Part shown: piece after piece, positions 1 to 11,565 of the stretch | How the letters are laid out: each line of letters starts with the position of its first letter | How positions within the stretch are numbered: position 1 is the stretch's first letter | From: Calcarisporiella thermophila CBS 279.70 | Lineage: Eukaryota > Fungi > Calcarisporiellomycota | Direction: 5' to 3' | Length of the DNA stretch: 64,000 bases | Assembly: GCF_041956535.1 (NCBI RefSeq) | Contig: NW_027192199.1 | Span: 248,001 to 312,000, forward strand | Position numbers and translations under genes: made by a program | The notes under the pieces: model-generated | Told to the model about the DNA's origin: nothing | Databases searched by the model: none | Seen by the model: only the letters and a program-made list of their open reading frames with translations

Positions 1-1170
1 GGGAGAGGGAGGAGGAGGAGGGGGGGAACATACCAATTTCTGCGCCAATGCTCTCAATTCCTAGGAGAATGAACGAAGTTACACAAGCCACGATGATATT
101 GACTAAAGAAAGACCCCCGAGTTAACTTGGAATTTCACATCCGAAGCTTCCTCTTGCTTATCAAAGAGCTTTTACCATAGCCAAGGTTCACAAGTTGGAA
201 CGGCAGGGAAAGACAGTAGATCCACACACATACGCGTAGATGAATGGCGTACGCAAATGGCATTGGCGTAGTCCGGACTCCTACACGATCGAAGAGGGGG
301 TTAGGATTCCAATTTTCTTTCTCCCCCAAGGAACTTCTTCTACTGACTCTCAAAGCCTGCTAAACACTCTACCAAAGCGTTCAACAACGCGTAGAGATCG
401 GAAATGGCCACGACGCTCGCTTTCTCTAGGGCATTCACCTCTCGGATGTACGAGCTTAAATAGTAGGAGATTTCCAAAGGGAGATTGCCTGGCGGCGGGC
501 TATCCTCGCTCTTCTGTGCGTAGTACCACGGAAGATGGGAAAATTCCAAGGAGCGTGCCGCATCGGGGAGGTCTCTTAAGCAAGGAATCAGCTTCAACAT
601 CAGAAGCCTCTTTTCCGAGGGGGGTTCTAACACGGCGGTATTTATAGCCGAACTCGAATACTGAGGGATATGCGCAAGTAGTTCACGAAGATCGTCGTAG
701 TTGGTGCCAAACTCGGCGCGGAGGTAATGTTTTGTTGCGACAGCAAAAGCGAGCAGGAGGTTTATAGCGCCCTTCTTGGAGAGGACGTCCACGGCAGTCT
801 CCTCGTCCACTTGCACCCAAATTAGGCGGGAAAAATTGCGTATAACCACTATCATAGTGCTCCAGAGACGCCGGCCCTCCCAGTATCTTAACGAGATGGG
901 GGGCAAGAGAGGAGATAAAAACAGACTCAATCCATGACATGACATAGCTAATGGCCCATGTTATCCTCATGCTTACCTCTCATAGGCTATGTTAGTTCGG
1001 AAAACGAGCAGCAAGGATATCACCATACTGATGGTGGTGAGTAAAGAGGTGCCGATATTGAGGCTCACCGGCGTCTTCTGATCGATGAGGGTGACGGCAG
1101 TCGCGAACACAGTTACGACAATGGTGCCGGGAATATTTCGGGAGATGGCCGATGCAGTCCGCAGGAACAT
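1..1170 (-). CDS. Bestrophin / UPF0187 (RFP-TM) anion channel family protein, multi-exon, 3' end runs off the window
   Basis: Spliced motifs ISLLLVFRTNIAYER|YWEGRRLW, TPMPFAYAIHL, YCLSLPFQL, LLGIESIGAEI. GT donor at 976 and AG acceptor at 887-888. Confidence 0.85.
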
Positions 1171-3084
1171 GATGGGATGAGAGGAATGGTACGTAGGCTA
1201 GTTTATGGCAGATTAAGGTATGCGGTGCGAAAACGCAAAAAGTGAGAAATAAGGGGGGGAAAGGCACTCGAGAGCCAAACGGACCCAAAGTCTACCCTTG
1301 TTGTGTTCTAGCGGTGACTTCATTCCCCATCCCTCATCCCTGGTACTGAGAGACGCAGTGGTCCGTGCGCGCCTTGATTTAAACTAGGGGATCGGCGAGC
1401 GGAGCGCCAAGCAGGCCTCTCACTCGCCGGCCGGGCTCTGATCAAACATGGAGGGGCCAGTGGGATAGAGTGCAAGCGTGACTCTTATTTTAACACCGAG
1501 CCAGCATGAAACCGATCATGTCATTACGGCTCCCCTTTTCCCGGCGGCATGAGCAGGCTCTTCCTTTCAAGGGATGGAGCCCCCCCGCCGGATTGGAGCG
1601 GTCTAATTGCATCAGTCCCCTCTGCATATGCCCTCGTCGTATCGACCTGATCCTTCCCCTCCGGCTCCTGGGTTGTTCCTATTTTGTGCCTCGCTCTATC
1701 CCGGTTAAGCCTTCTGCCCATTATGGGGGCTGGGCCTTTGCCAACGGTGACCATGGGCCCGATAAGGTGCCCTCCTTCTCCTCCATATACCCGCAATGCA
1801 GCCCCGCCGGATTTGGCTGGTCAAACCTCCTCCGTCCACAGGGACGTCAGGTCTCGATCGCAGAGCTGTAACCTCGAAACATGCGCTCCGACTCGCCTCC
1901 TAAACGAGCGATGAAAGATGGTGCAATGGGGACCGAGGTTGCAAGCGGCTTCAAGAGGCTCCCAGCAGAGAGCTTGAGAAGGCAACGAGATTGTATTTGG
2001 AGGAGAATGAAAAACCAAGATTCAAAATGAGGGAGGGGGGAGTGGTTAATGCGCAGTGGCTTGCTCTCCAAGTTAACGGAGACTCGCAGGAGAATATGCT
2101 TATAAATTCGCTTTATCCTAGTAATGCTGAGATTTCATCTGTAATAGCTCACACCCAAGTCGACACAAGTATGTTCTCCTCACGACTACATCGATCTGGT
2201 TGCTAAGGGGAATGTCTCTTGAATGGTACGGGCCCAACCGTTTGTACTAATAGGGATAGGCTATTGTTGTTCAGCGCTTCAGCCTATTGTGCCTAGATAC
2301 ACCTTCTCTGTTTATAAATGGCCTAAAAGTACGAGATTAGTCTGTTTCTTCAAGCGAACGCGAGATTTGGCAACTAGGCTCTTCAACCCCATTGTTTCAT
2401 TATATTGAATTAAAGCCTAGCAAAAGCCACGTGAGAAGACGCTAACTGGCTAATGGCCAGAACGATACTCCATAGCTCTAGTACTAATTGTAGAGACGGC
2501 CGTCTGAGTAACCGAACTGCAGCTCAACGAGAATCCCTCCATTGCAGCTGCTACGAAGCTCACGCGATTGCGACGGAAGGAGATGGATTAGGAAAAATGA
2601 ACGGTAGCCCTAACTTAAGCCTAATTAGGGCACGCAGGATAAAGACGGAAATATCAAAAAAACCTGACACAAGCCGCTCTTAATTCCGACCAAAAACAGA
2701 GTTTGTGATCTCGATCATACATTAGAGTGAGCGGAAAGATAGGCAAGGAGAGGGTGTCCGGTGGCTAATCAACGGTGCTTTCAGTCGCTTGTTTTTTCCT
2801 TCCATATTTCATTTCTATATCCCCCCCTTCCTATTCACCCACATGGTCATGACCACAGAGTGACCGATAATCTCCTGGCAAATGCGAATATCATATCATC
2901 AGAGAAATGCATTAGAATCCTTGTCACTCTTTGCAAGAGAGTATGTAGCCCATTTGATGGCTGCTGAAGAATTGATGATGTTGGTCCTAATCCTCCCATT
3001 CTCTCTACCCATCCTTACCAAAGTGATAGAAATAACTTAACTGTGAATCAACCTCCTCCCAGTTCCGACGACGGCGTGCAAGGG

Positions 3085-3894
3085 ATGAGCTCCACCTTGC
3101 TCATCCTGGAAATTGTCGTTCTTGCCCTCCTTCTCATAGGATTGGGCGTCTGCTACTATGTGGCGCGCGTGAGGAAGCGGAGGAATGAGGCCGAGCGCCA
3201 GCTTGCCAGAGATGAAATGGTAGAACGCGCTAGATTCAGTGATGAAATCGGATTCGATAATGAGCCTGTGCCTGCATACACGTCGGGAGATAGTGTCACG
3301 CTCACCGATGAAATGGTGAGAAGAATCAGCGAGCAGTCTGTGATACGGCGGTTGAGTGCCTACAGCGCCAATAGCACCAGCACCAGTGAGGTTGGCAGTA
3401 GAGGGAGAAGAAATACGCTAAATGGAGCGGCGGAATGGCATAGAGGTGGCGGGGGCGATTTTCAGGCCATACCCCTAACCCGACACATGAGAGGGCTACC
3501 GTCGTCATCCTCCGATGTGGCTATCAGCTCTCTATCGCCCCCATATCGCTCCTCCCCATTGGACTGGGACACTATATTCCGGACATTCCGTGAGTTTGGG
3601 CCAGGCGATTGCTCGGTTCCTGGCCATCCTCCACCGCCCGATTATGACAGCGTGGTTGGGCGGCCTCGTCAAGAAGATGATGACGATCTGGAGATTATAG
3701 GGCTGCGCTATATCACGAGAGAGCCACGATTGCCCGATCCAGCACCACCTCAACCGATCTCGACAAATTCAGAGGAGACGAGGATAGCCACCGAGGAACC
3801 CCAGCAAGGGTTCCCCCAAGATACTGAACACAATGATGGCGATACCGACACCCCAACCGACACCCCAACCGACATCATTGGCAACCCCCATTGA
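3085..3894 (+). CDS. Single-pass membrane protein with cytosolic PY motifs (Rsp5/Nedd4 adaptor-like)
   Basis: Intronless ORF. N-terminal hydrophobic helix LLILEIVVLALLLIGLGVCYYV followed by RVRKRR, then VPAY, SPPY and PPPPDY motifs in a disordered tail. First ATG at 3085. Confidence 0.7.
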   Translation: MSSTLLILEIVVLALLLIGLGVCYYVARVRKRRNEAERQLARDEMVERARFSDEIGFDNEPVPAYTSGDSVTLTDEMVRRISEQSVIRRLSAYSANSTSTSEVGSRGRRNTLNGAAEWHRGGGGDFQAIPLTRHMRGLPSSSSDVAISSLSPPYRSSPLDWDTIFRTFREFGPGDCSVPGHPPPPDYDSVVGRPRQEDDDDLEIIGLRYITREPRLPDPAPPQPISTNSEETRIATEEPQQGFPQDTEHNDGDTDTPTDTPTDIIGNPH

Positions 3895-4133
3895 ACTCTC
3901 CGTTTCATGCTGGTCATCAAAGAATAGATTTATTTTTATTTCTTTATTTGTTTTTTATTGTTATTGCACACAGTCTTCCAGGCCTCTTAGCGGCATGCGG
4001 TGTGGCTTGGATTTTCGACTTGGAATCCAATTTTTCTCACCTTACTGTAATCTACTACCGAAGTAAACCACTTCTTAATCCTGTTCATCCATTCCACCAT
4101 TTTGAAAAAGGAGGGTAGATAAAGGAGTAGATA

Positions 4134-6627
4134 ATGACCACACGACAAAGAGTCATCAATGCAATAAGAAAAGGTATTGCTCTATACCCGCATTGCCTTC
4201 ATAAAAACGCGACATTAATTAGATTGCTCTCTCATTGCGCGCTCATGTAAAGGCGAAACGTATGAGCTCAAATCGGAGCTTAACTCCGAATACCCGGACC
4301 GACGAAAGGAGGCCGTTAAGCGCGTAATAGCGAACATGACGGTTGGCAAGGATGTCAGCTCACTTTTTCCCGATGTGTTAAAGAATATGCAAACGGAGGA
4401 TCTCGAGTTGAAAAAGCTCGTCTACCTCTACCTGATTAACTATGCAAAATCGCAGCCGGAGCTTGTCATCTTAGCGGTGAACACATTCGTGAAGGCAATT
4501 ATTGAATCATCCTTTCTCTGAAAGTCTTTCTTCATGGAAAATGGCATCGGCTCACCTGGTTATTTTTAGGACACGGATGACACCAATCCATTAATTCGCG
4601 CCCTCGCCATGCGTACCATGGGTTGTCTGCGCGTCAATAAAATTGTCGACTATTTGTGCGATCCATTGCGAAAGTGCTTGCGTGATGAGGACCCCTATGT
4701 GCGTAAGACAGCTTGTCTATGCGTAGCAAAGCTACACGACCTCGATCCTACGCTCGTCTTCGAAAATGAATTCGTCGATAGGCTGAAAGAGATGGTTTCG
4801 GATTCCAACCCAACCGTGGTTGCCAATGCCATCGTTGCTCTTCAGGAGATCCAGGAGAGTTGCAGTAAACCCCTGCTGGTCGTTAACACTCCCATCTTGA
4901 ACAAGCTCCTGGTGGCATTGAATGAGTGTACAGAGTAAGCGGATATCCTAGCTTCCTGTCCAAGATTCCGTTGTAAGCCCATTTTCTATGCTTTTTAGAT
5001 GGGGCCAAATTGCGATTTTATCGGTGTTGGCTGACTACCGTCCCGTGGACTCGAAAGAGGCGGAATACGTGTGCGAAAGAGTGTTGCCCAGATTATCGCA
5101 TGCCAATGGGAGCGTTGTTTTGGCCACCATCAAAGTAGGTGGAATTCGCTCTCCATCTCCCCATCTGTTCATACAAGTGCAGGCAGAGTTGTATGTCTGA
5201 TCTACCTTCTTTTCCCTATTCTTTTATATTTAGGTCCTCTTGATATATATGCGCCGTATACGAAATGGAGAATTGACGTCCCAACTCCTCAAGAAAATGA
5301 CGCCTCCCCTCGTTACCCTTTTAGCCTCGGCTCCGGAGTTCCAGTATGTCGCCTTACGCAACATCAATCTTATCCTCCAAAAGCAGCCTGATCTGCTCGC
5401 CAAACAAATACGGGTTTTCTTCTGTAAATACAATGACCCACCCTATGTGAAGTCAGAAAAGCTTGAGATTCTGACCCAGCTCTGCTCTGAAAGCAATGTT
5501 GACCAGTTACTTTCCGAGTTGAAGGAGTAAGTGGAGCCCCCCTCCATTTCCCAAGTTGGACCTTTTTTTAATTTTTATGGGGGACCTGTAGATACGCCAA
5601 TGAGGTCGACGTTGATTTTGTGCGGCGTGCTGTACGAACCATTGGTCGTTGCGCGGTCAAGATCGAGGCAGCTTCGGAGCGATGTATTAATGTTCTCCTT
5701 GATCTCGTTAACACCAAGGTGAACTATGTAGTGCAGGAAGCCATCATCGTGATTAAGGATATCTTCCGTAAATATCCGAATCGATTTGAGGGAATCATTC
5801 CCACCCTGTGCGAGAACATTGACCTGCTTGACCTTGAGGAGGCCAAGGCCTCCCTCATTTGGATCATCGGCGAATATGCTGAGCAGGTGGTTAACGGCGC
5901 AGATATTATCGAGAGTCTGCTTGAGGGCTTTCCGGATGAAAATGTCCAAGTGCAGCTACAATTGCTCACGGCCACCGTTAAGCTGTTTTTGAAGCAGCCC
6001 AACTCCGCGCAGGATCTAGTGCAACGCGTGCTGAAACTCACTACCGAATGCGACAACTCGGACTTGCGGGATCGAGCCTACATATACTGGCGGCTGCTGT
6101 CGACAGATCCACAGGCGGCAAAAGCGGTCGTGCTCGCAGAAAAGCCCCCCATTGTGATGGAGGAGGGCAAGCTGTCCGGCGCCGTGCTCGAGGAGATGAT
6201 CGACCATATCGGAAGCATATCCAGTGTTTATCACAAGCCACCGGAGACCTTCTTAGGTGGAAAGTATGGCGCCGACCGAGTGAAAAAGAGCATTGAGTAA
6301 GCTGCAGTGGATTTTTTTTTTCTTGTGACGTAGTGGGTGACAGATGACTAACGAGAATTTCCTTTGCGTTACCCCAGCCAAATCCACCGAGAGGAGGAGG
6401 AATCTAACCAGAATAAGGGCAATCTCGAGAACTTACTGGACCTGGAGTTTGGCGAGTCTCTCGTCACGGATGCGAGCCCCAGTACCACCACGGCCCCTAG
6501 CAAAGGGGGCGTGGATGAGCTAATGGATATCTTCGGTGGTGGATCTGGATCTGGATCGAGCGTGGTGAATCCGACTCCATTGGGCTCGAAGCCGAAAAGC
6601 AACGACCTGCAGGACCTGTTATTTTAG
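4134..6627 (+). CDS. Clathrin adaptor AP-1/AP-2 complex beta subunit (beta-adaptin), no C-terminal appendage domain
   Basis: [75 protein letters not shown]. Clathrin-box-like NLLDLE. About 7 exons. Confidence 0.93.
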
Positions 6628-6932
6628 AGTTTAGATAGTTCATTTGTTTGGTCTTCGATCGACTCCTCCATGCAAAGGGCTTGTTTCTTAATTTTTTTGT
6701 TTTGTGAATTGTAATATTTTTTCTCACCCAATATTAACAAAAATGCCTCTTAACTTAACCCCAGATATTAGCTTATGCTGCCATTCTATCACATTGGTGT
6801 GATTTTTGCTTAGACCAGCATAACCTTTTGTGGCAAACTCATTCCTATTACAAAGACAAATTGGGGAATACTGATATAAGAGGTGGCCCAGTCGCTCCTA
6901 CTTTCTCCGCTTGGAATATCATTTTTTGCACC

Positions 6933-8104
6933 ATGTCCAATTCAATCGGGCGGGCTGCATTCATCTACAATCCAACCGCCGGAGGAAGCCGTGCCGTGTG
7001 GGAGAAGGTAGGTGCAAGATCCCTGCTCACTGCATTTCATGATTTCGGCCTCTCTTCACGCGTGGAATCCTTGACTAATTCCGACTACCCCGCACTTTCT
7101 CCTTTCATTTTGCATAATAGATAAACTCCCGTGTTGAAGCCCTCTTCCCCGGCTATTTGGCCTGCCGCACCCTCCATGCAGGACATGCTGTTGATCTTGC
7201 CAAGGAAGCCATTGCACAAGATTGCAAGCTTCTTGTTGCAGTGGGCGGAGATGGAACCATCAGCGATGTAGTCCATGGTTACATGCTTGCCGAGGGGGCT
7301 GAAAAAGGAGCATGCATCGCCGTGATCCCAGCCGGAACTGGCGGAGATTTCATAAGGACACTGGGCATTAAAAGGGATCCTCTGAAGGCGCTGAATATGT
7401 TGGCCAATGGAAAGGTGAAGAAACTGGATGTGGGGAAGGTGAAGTATAAGGACTTGAAGGGCGAAGCGAAAGAGAGGCACTTCATCAACATTTGTAGTTT
7501 CGGGATAAGGTAAAGCGCTCGTGGATATTTCATTATCGAATTCGCAACCAAGTGGCTAAATGGACTTTTTTCCCGGTTTTCCAGCGGCCTTATTGTCAAA
7601 AATGTCGAATCCTCCCGCCTCTCCAAGCTCTTTGCCCGCCGACTCGTCTACTGGCTACATACCGTGCTTGCATACCTCTTCAACTACTCGACGGTGCGCA
7701 CACGGATCCAGCACACGCTTGCAACCGAATCGGCCGCAGGTCCCCAATCCACTTCAGAGCATCGTGTTGATCTCACTGTCCACGCTATCTGCAATGGACA
7801 GTACTTTGGCGGCGGAATGCGCGTTGGTCCTGGTGCCGATCCGTCCGATGGTGTCTTTGACGCAATATGTGTGCACAATGTTGGAGTATGGGATGCATTA
7901 ACGAAACTCGCGAGCGGCCTCCCCTCTGGAACCCACATTGAGAAGCTGGGCAACCGCAAGGCAGGGCTGGAGAGAACAACCGTGGTCAAAGCCGATGCAG
8001 TGGACGGCGAGGTGGTGTACGTTGAGGCTGACGGGGAGCCGATCGGGAAGCTGCCCATAGAGGTAGAGATCTTGCCACAAGCTGTCCAGTTTCTCCTTCC
8101 CTAG
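6933..8104 (+). CDS. Diacylglycerol/lipid kinase of the YegS/BmrU/DagK family
   Basis: YNPTAGG, AVGGDGTISDVVHG, IPAGTGGDFIRTLGI, ICNGQYFGGGM, DPSDGVFD, EADGE. Two GT-AG introns. Confidence 0.88.
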
Positions 8105-8519
8105 ATTCGCCCGTATTTTGTACGGTTCTTGTGCTAACGCTTTAATGCTTTTGCTTTGGTTGTTTTCTTGCTGTTTGCTTGCCACGTCCTTTTAGTTTGA
8201 TAACCCTTACATGATTAATCCTAATAATTACTTTTTTATTTGCTCTTTTTGCTGGTCGGTCTTGGATTACTCCAAGTGACCGGTTTTGCAGGAGAAGCTG
8301 CGAGCTGATTCATATTTATTTTGATGATGTGTTGTTGTTTGTTCTTTTACATTTAAACACTGAGTGTGGGATACCAAAACTTATTGATAAAGTAATATTC
8401 TTTGTTCAATGACGCCCACTAAAGCTCGCAACAAAAATCAAAGTCTAGACATTCTCAGGCTTGAATCACGGCTATGTATTACTACGACTACGACAATTAG
8501 ACATTGAATAGAGAAAACA

Positions 8520-9660
8520 GATATAGGTTTGAAGGAAAACTAGCAGGGGCCAAAAGACTTTCTGACTCGATAGCCGGAATTAATTAATGCACTTGGAGAT
8601 TCGTCCTTATCAAGTTAGAGAAAACGTGGCATTTGGAACATCCGTTTCCGGAATCAAATCAGTCTTTGCGGACAAAATGGATATTGGCGGACGGAGCCGT
8701 ATCGAGAGTGAAAAGGGAATCATAGCTGATGCCGAACAGAAAGACGTGGTGAAGCATTGATTTTACTCCACAGGTCTATGGGGTAATCAAACTTATCTGG
8801 TTTTCGAATCCAATGAAAACGTCAGGGTATGCCGGCTTGAAAATGCTTGTATGGAGAAGATATGTCTTGACCAATATCGTGAATAATCTGTTTGTTTCGC
8901 CTCCGCTTTTTCTCCCTGAGAACTGCGCCGGCGCGAATAAACAGAAAGGTCCAAGCGCCAAACCATCCGCTGACATCGTTATATCTGTGGATCTGTCTCT
9001 TAAATTAAGGAGCAAACTGGCACTGTTTTCACGAATCCGAGAGAACCATCTCCGACACATACGTTTATCCCAGAAGCCTTATTTGTACCCGAGACTGGCC
9101 TGCCGAAGGCCAAATAGAGTAATCGGACGCTCAAGCCAACATCTCGAATATAGGGCGGAGTGAAGTGTTTCAGTTGTCCTTCAGTGGGGAGGTGATAAGG
9201 GCATTGGTGTCTGGAGAAAAATCCTCCAAGTTCAAGTATGAAAACCGGAAACAATCCGACTTCTTATAACTGTGCACCCTACGGTAGCGTAGAGCTAATT
9301 TCATCCAAGGACCTTGTTCTGAGAAGCACTCAAGTAAAAGAACCAGAGGAAATATTTGCGTTGGAGAGTCCAGGTAATGTCCCTGGATCATCTTATGTAC
9401 GGGAAGGGTCATTAGAAATGCTTTTTCCCAAAAAAATAAATATAGACTCTATTTTTGCCAAAAAGGACCTTTGCCCAAAGTATTTGATAAAAAAAATCAT
9501 AGAATAAGTCTCTGATAGTATTGGAGTGCATCTCATCTCCATGAACATGCATCCAACTTCCTCCGAGGTATGTTTATATATCTTCCGAAGAAGCGGTCTA
9601 CCATTTGGACCCCACGATTTCCACAGTATTAATCCTCTCTAAATAAATTAACTTAGCCAT
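8520..9660 (-). pseudogene. Possible decayed coding relic (F-box/LRR-like?)
   Basis: ATG at 9660 opens MAKLIYLERINTVEIVGSKW*TASSEDI*TYLGGSW...PFPYIR*SRDI with many stops and frameshifts. Family assignment is only a loose resemblance. Confidence 0.2.
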
Positions 9661-9797
9661 TTTTTTGCCATATACATTGAATGATCAAAATAACAAGAGA
9701 AGACAGTAAAGATTGTTCAATGTGATATATTATATGGCGAGGATAGATTAAGTTCACTTTGGGCAAAGAAAGATGAAGAAGAGAGGAAAAAACATTA

Positions 9798-10129
9798 TTT
9801 TTTTTTTTGTTAGGAAGATTTTTATTAAAAAGTATTCTTTTTCGTTCTTAAGAAAGGAAATTGATAGATATCAGTAAGCAAGAAATACATGTAAGAAATG
9901 GTAGAGAGTGTACATCCCTTTCTTATTTTTCAAGGGAAGTGGTATAGGAGAGAGAGAAGGAAAAAAAAAGATTGGAATACGGGCGGTAGGGTATTCGGCG
10001 TAGTCGTATTGGAGCTAAGTGTTTTGGATGAAGGATATTTCGACTCCTTGGTCTTGTACCCAACTTCCCTTACACCAAAGTTCTTGTAAATCTTCATTTT
10101 TATCCTTTATGGACGCTGATCACCACTTG
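9798..10129 (-). mobile_element. Old 5'-truncated non-LTR retrotransposon (LINE 3' end), tRNA-upstream stack element A
   Basis: Poly(T) at 9798-9808 is the poly(A) tail on the minus strand, with AATAAA at 9821-9826. Degenerate TSD gagaggaaaaaacatta (9781-9797) / gagagaaaaaaattc (10130-10144). Encodes NEDLQELWCKGSWVQDQGVEISFIQNT* followed by a 3' UTR. Confidence 0.65.
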
Positions 10130-10144
10130 GAGAGAAAAAAATTC

Positions 10145-10459
10145 TTTTTTTTTTTTTCCTCTAAGGGCACGAGAACATGCGTCCTGTGGTTTATTTAAAC
10201 TATATTACATATGAGGGAATCTTCTGAACAAGCTTATTAGGTACAAGAAAACAAGGGATGAAGCTCAAAGAGTTCCGTGCTTAAGAGGATCAAATTATGT
10301 ATTCTTTGCTTCCTCGAGATCGAAAACTACTTCTTTGTTATCATCGATCCGGATTAGCGAGCTCTTTCCCCATTTCTGCTTGAGATTTTCTTCAGCTTTA
10401 TTTCTCTGCTTGTATCCATTGTCGTTTGATTGCTATGAGTAGGTCTGATTAAAAGATAT
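10145..10459 (-). mobile_element. 5'-truncated non-LTR retrotransposon, tRNA-upstream stack element B
   Basis: T13 at 10145-10157 and AATAAA near 10190. TSD gagagaaaaaa(a)ttc at 10130-10144 and 10460-10473. ORF-end remnant ...ENLKQKMGKSSLIRIDDNKEVVFDLEEAKNT*. Confidence 0.78.
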
Positions 10460-10728
10460 GAGAGAAAAAATTCGTTGGCCAAAAAAGCCCAATCGAAAAT
10501 TTGCCCTTAAAATTTTTCTGAAGATTCTAATTACTGTCGTAAACTAGAGCGAGATAACTAGGGGATACTCGGGGAACATAGGTAAAACTATAGATTTATT
10601 CAAGAACAAGGTGTGTATGTTGGAAGTTCTCATTAGAGTGTTCCTTTTATACTATAAGATATAATAACTATTTAACCTGTTGACTAATAAAGCTAATGAA
10701 TACTGGTTTATATCCAGTTACTAATTAA

Positions 10729-11486
10729 TTTTTTTTGATCAATCAACGGAGACTTTATTAGTTTCCGTAGCTTACAGGAGTTTAATGATTACAATGAAAT
10801 AAGAAAAGGGGGGAATAAAGGGTAAATTAGATGTATATAGTGATCGGGTATTTGGTGAAAGGTATGAAGTAAAGAGGAGGGGAGGNNNNNNNNNNNNNNN
10901 NNNNNNNNNNNNNNNNNNNNNNNNNNNNNNNNNNNNNNNNNNNNNNNNNNNNNNNNNNNNNNNNNNNNNNNNNNNNNNNNNNNNNNNNNNNNNNNNNNNN
11001 NNNNNNNNNNNNNNNNNNNNNNNNNNNNNNNNNNNNNNNNNNNNNNNNNNNNNNNNNNNNNNNNNNNNNNNNNNNNNNNNNNNNNNNNNNNNNNNNNNNN
11101 NNNNNNNNNNNNNNNNNNNNNNNNNNNNNNNNNNNNNNNNNNNNNNNNNNNNNNNNNNNNNNNNNNNNNNNNNNNNNNNNNNNNNNNNNNNNNNNNNNNN
11201 NNNNNNNNNNNNNNNNNNNNNNNNNNNNNNNNNNNNNNNNNNNNNNNNNNNNNNNNNNNNNNNNNNNNNNNNNNNNNNNNNNNNNNNNNNNNNNNNNNNN
11301 NNNNNNNNNNNNNNNNNNNNNNNNNNNNNNNNNNNNNNNNNNNNNNNNNNNNNNNNNNNNNNNNNNNNNCTATTACCGCTCCCTGACTGCACCACCTTCT
11401 TCGGAATAACTCTATCTCTCGACTTTTACGTGCCTTTATCAGTTCACCTCCGATAGCCTCCTCGATGTCCATTTTGGCACGGAGGA
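10729..11486 (-). mobile_element. Young poly(A) retroposon (LINE-derived), stack element C, nested in the solo LTR; interior is an assembly gap
   Basis: Perfect 15-bp TSD ccagttactaattaa at 10714-10728 and 11487-11501. T8 at 10729-10736. First 46 nt match 41891-41936 at 45/46. Reads LRAKMDIEEAIGGELIKARKSREIELFRRRWCSQGAVI. Confidence 0.9.
10886..11369. other. Assembly gap (N run) inside retroposon C
   Basis: Run of N. Confidence 1.
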
Positions 11487-11565
11487 CCAGTTACTAATTA
11501 ACGTCGGAGCTTGAATATCTTTGGGATAGCTTGATATATGACTCAAATTATGACATTACTAAATT

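Larger units (their letters stand above)
10535..11555 (-). mobile_element. Solo LTR (~248 bp after removing the nested insert), 10 bp upstream of tRNA-Ala(CGC)
   Basis: Termini TGTCGTAA...TTATGACA (inverted repeat, TG..CA). 4-bp TSD ttac at 10531-10534 and 11556-11559. TATAAAAG and AATAAA on the minus strand. Confidence 0.8.

Noticed and set aside
3845-3875. 12-bp tandem repeat (accgacacccca) as a CRISPR-like array
   Set aside because: In-frame coding repeat (TDTP) without spacers, in a eukaryotic gene.
10772-11472. Long ORFs spanning the first N gap
   Set aside because: Artefacts of translating N. Only the flank peptide (11370-11486) is informative.
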